Below, in pieces: positions 61,946 through 64,000 of a DNA stretch of 64,000 nucleotides. The DNA is from Chiloscyllium plagiosum. Lineage: Eukaryota. Location of the stretch: NCBI RefSeq assembly GCF_004010195.1, contig NC_057710.1, positions 148,177,548-148,241,547 on the forward strand. The letters are read 5' to 3'. Below the pieces are notes generated by a model. The model saw only the letters and a program-made list of their open reading frames with translations, searched no databases and was not told where the DNA came from. Numbering within the stretch: position 1 is the stretch's first letter; each line of letters begins with the position of its first letter. The translations under genes and the position numbers were made by a program.

Positions 61946-62289
61946 GAGCATCCACCATTGGTAATTGATCAGTCAGTGTCGTTCATTGCTATGACATGGC
62001 AGGGAGATCACTTTTGGGAGTCTAATCTACAGATGATCATTTAAAGAGGCATTAAAAACTTAAAAGTGCTCTATTCTCATGAACTGCAGAGTGTAGTTAA
62101 AATAATATATAAAGTACAGAATTTGTTTTGCAAAGATTGTGCCCTGCTTGCTACACTATTTTGGTCACGGCAGCGGGAAATTAGGAATGGTGTAGAAAAT
62201 ACCCACCAAAGTATAGAAAGATACTCCAATGTCACACATTGACAAGTATGTGTCAAATGATTGGATTTGCACCCAGAACCTCTAAGGAC

Positions 62290-63580
62290 AATATATACTT
62301 GTGCATTCAAAAAGGGAGGGAAACAGAAATCAGGTAGCCAAAGGCCAGTTAGTCTTAATATCTGTCATTGGGAAAGTGCTCGAATCCATTATTCAGGAAG
62401 AATTAGAAAGCTTAACACAATCAAACAGAGTCAGCATGGTTTTGTGATAATGAAGTCAGATTTGACAAGTGTGATAATAAGTAGAGTTGATAAAGGGAAA
62501 CCAGTAGATATAGTGTACTTGGATTTGCAGAGGGTATTCACTAAAGCAAAATACAAAAATTATTGCACAAGGTAGAACTCGCATGCTGGGGTAATGTATT
62601 AGAATGCATTGAGAATTGATTAACGCACTGAAGACAGAGAATTGGAATTGATGTGTCTTTTACAGGTTGGAAAACACAGCAGTGGACTGCCGTAAGGATC
62701 AGTCCGATGGCATCAATTATTTACTACCTATATTAGTGACTTGTGAGGAGGGGGAGCTGAGTGTAATGTCATTTAACTTTGCTGATGACACCAAAATAGA
62801 TGAGGGAGTGTGTTATGATGAGGACAAATGAATCTGCAAGGGGCTATAGTTAGGTGGAGTGGCTGGGCCTAAACTTGGCACACGAGGTTAAACATAGGTA
62901 AGCACGAAGTTAAGCACTTTGATAGAAAGAATCAAAAGTAGACTACAATTCAAATTGAGAAAGAGTCCAGAAATACAGTGGAGAGCATTCTGCGTGTTCT
63001 TCTGCAGAAAGCAAATGGAATTTTGGCATTTGAAGCTTAAAAAATACAACTGTTGCTGAGATCACACCTAGGGTTCTTGGGTACAGTTTTGGTCCCTCTG
63101 TTTAAGAAAGGATGTACTCATGTTGGATAGTTTTACAGAGGTTCATTAGCTGGTTCCTGGGATGAAAGAACTTATCTTTTAGAAGAATGAGTGGTGGTCT
63201 TACTGAAATATAGAAGATTCGAAGGGGAGCTGGACAGGGCAGATGTTGAGAAGATGTTTCCATTTGTGGGGAAAATCTTGAGCGCGGGGACACAGTTACA
63301 GAACAAGGGGACTCTCATTTAAAACTGATATGTGAAGGAATTGCTCTCCCAGACGGTACTGAAGATCTGCTATTCTGTACCCTGGAGAGTTGTGGAGGAT
63401 AGATCATTGAAAGCATTTGAAGAGATAGATAGATTTTTGAAAGATAGCGAACTCAGGGCTATGATGGGCTGGCCGGTACGAAGAGGGGAGGCCTGGTCAA
63501 ATCAACCATGATCTTGCTGAAGGGCGTGGCAGCCTGATGGGCTGGACAACACATTTCTGCTCTCTGCTCTAGCTTCTTCT
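62290..63580 (+). mobile_element. Old CR1-type LINE RT to 3' end
   Basis: FKKGGKQKSG..RPVSL, VDIVYLDLQRVF and tttgctgatgacacc (FADDT). Confidence 0.85.
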
Positions 63581-63654
63581 GTCCTAAAGCACTTGTCTAG
63601 GCAAGTGGTGACTTAAAAATGACAGCTGTGGAGTGCCCATGTGCTTCATTGTGT

Positions 63655-63960
63655 GGAATGTGTTGGTGTAATGGTAATGCGATGGGACTATTGATCCAGA
63701 CCGCCAGGATAATAAACTGGGGAGGTGGATTCAAGATAACCAGGGCCGATGGTGAAATTGAAATTCAACAAAAATTAGAATTTTATGCTGCTGTAATGGC
63801 ATCCATGTAACAATTATCGATTCTCGTTCACTGACATTCTTTAGGAAAGGGAATCTGACCTACACGTGTGATTGACTTCTAACTGCGCTCTGGCCAATTA
63901 AGGATGGCCCATAAATTATGTCCTAGCAAGTGATGTCGATACGCCATGAATGAATTTTTG
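63655..63960 (+). mobile_element. Second tRNA-derived SINE family, degenerate
   Basis: tggtgtaatggtaat...ggactattgatccaga head and ccatgaatgaat tail. Matches 24601-25322. Confidence 0.6.
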
Positions 63961-64000
63961 AAAATGCGAAGAAGAATGACTTCAACTAACAAAATGACAC

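Overview
Vertebrate nuclear DNA, almost certainly a shark or other elasmobranch (HE1-type V-SINEs with their partner CR1/HER1-type LINEs, and DeuSINE/SacSINE1-like copies). The window lies inside the hedgehog-interacting protein gene HHIP (+ strand). Six internal coding exons with GT-AG boundaries and compatible phases are present: 21480-21631, 24149-24322, 30444-30587, 35396-35517, 35767-35890 and 60650-60792. They give 859 nt of the beta-propeller domain and probably correspond to human exons 5-10. The rest is intron, dominated by decayed retroelements, with two N gaps. The most striking hidden structure is at least four families of Penelope-like-element (PLE) termini carrying minimal hammerhead-ribozyme cores (CUGANGA-stem-GAAA-NN-UH). 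These often form inverted dimers and are flanked by 7-16 bp target-site duplications. Intact cores lie mostly antisense to HHIP, and most sense-strand cores are mutated. Also seen: a three-level nested insertion with clean TSDs, a 5'-inverted CR1, a 113-bp near-perfect inverted repeat, and a 4-aa insertion in HHIP relative to the human protein as I recall it. Repeat boundaries are approximate and family names come from motif recognition by eye, not from a database search.
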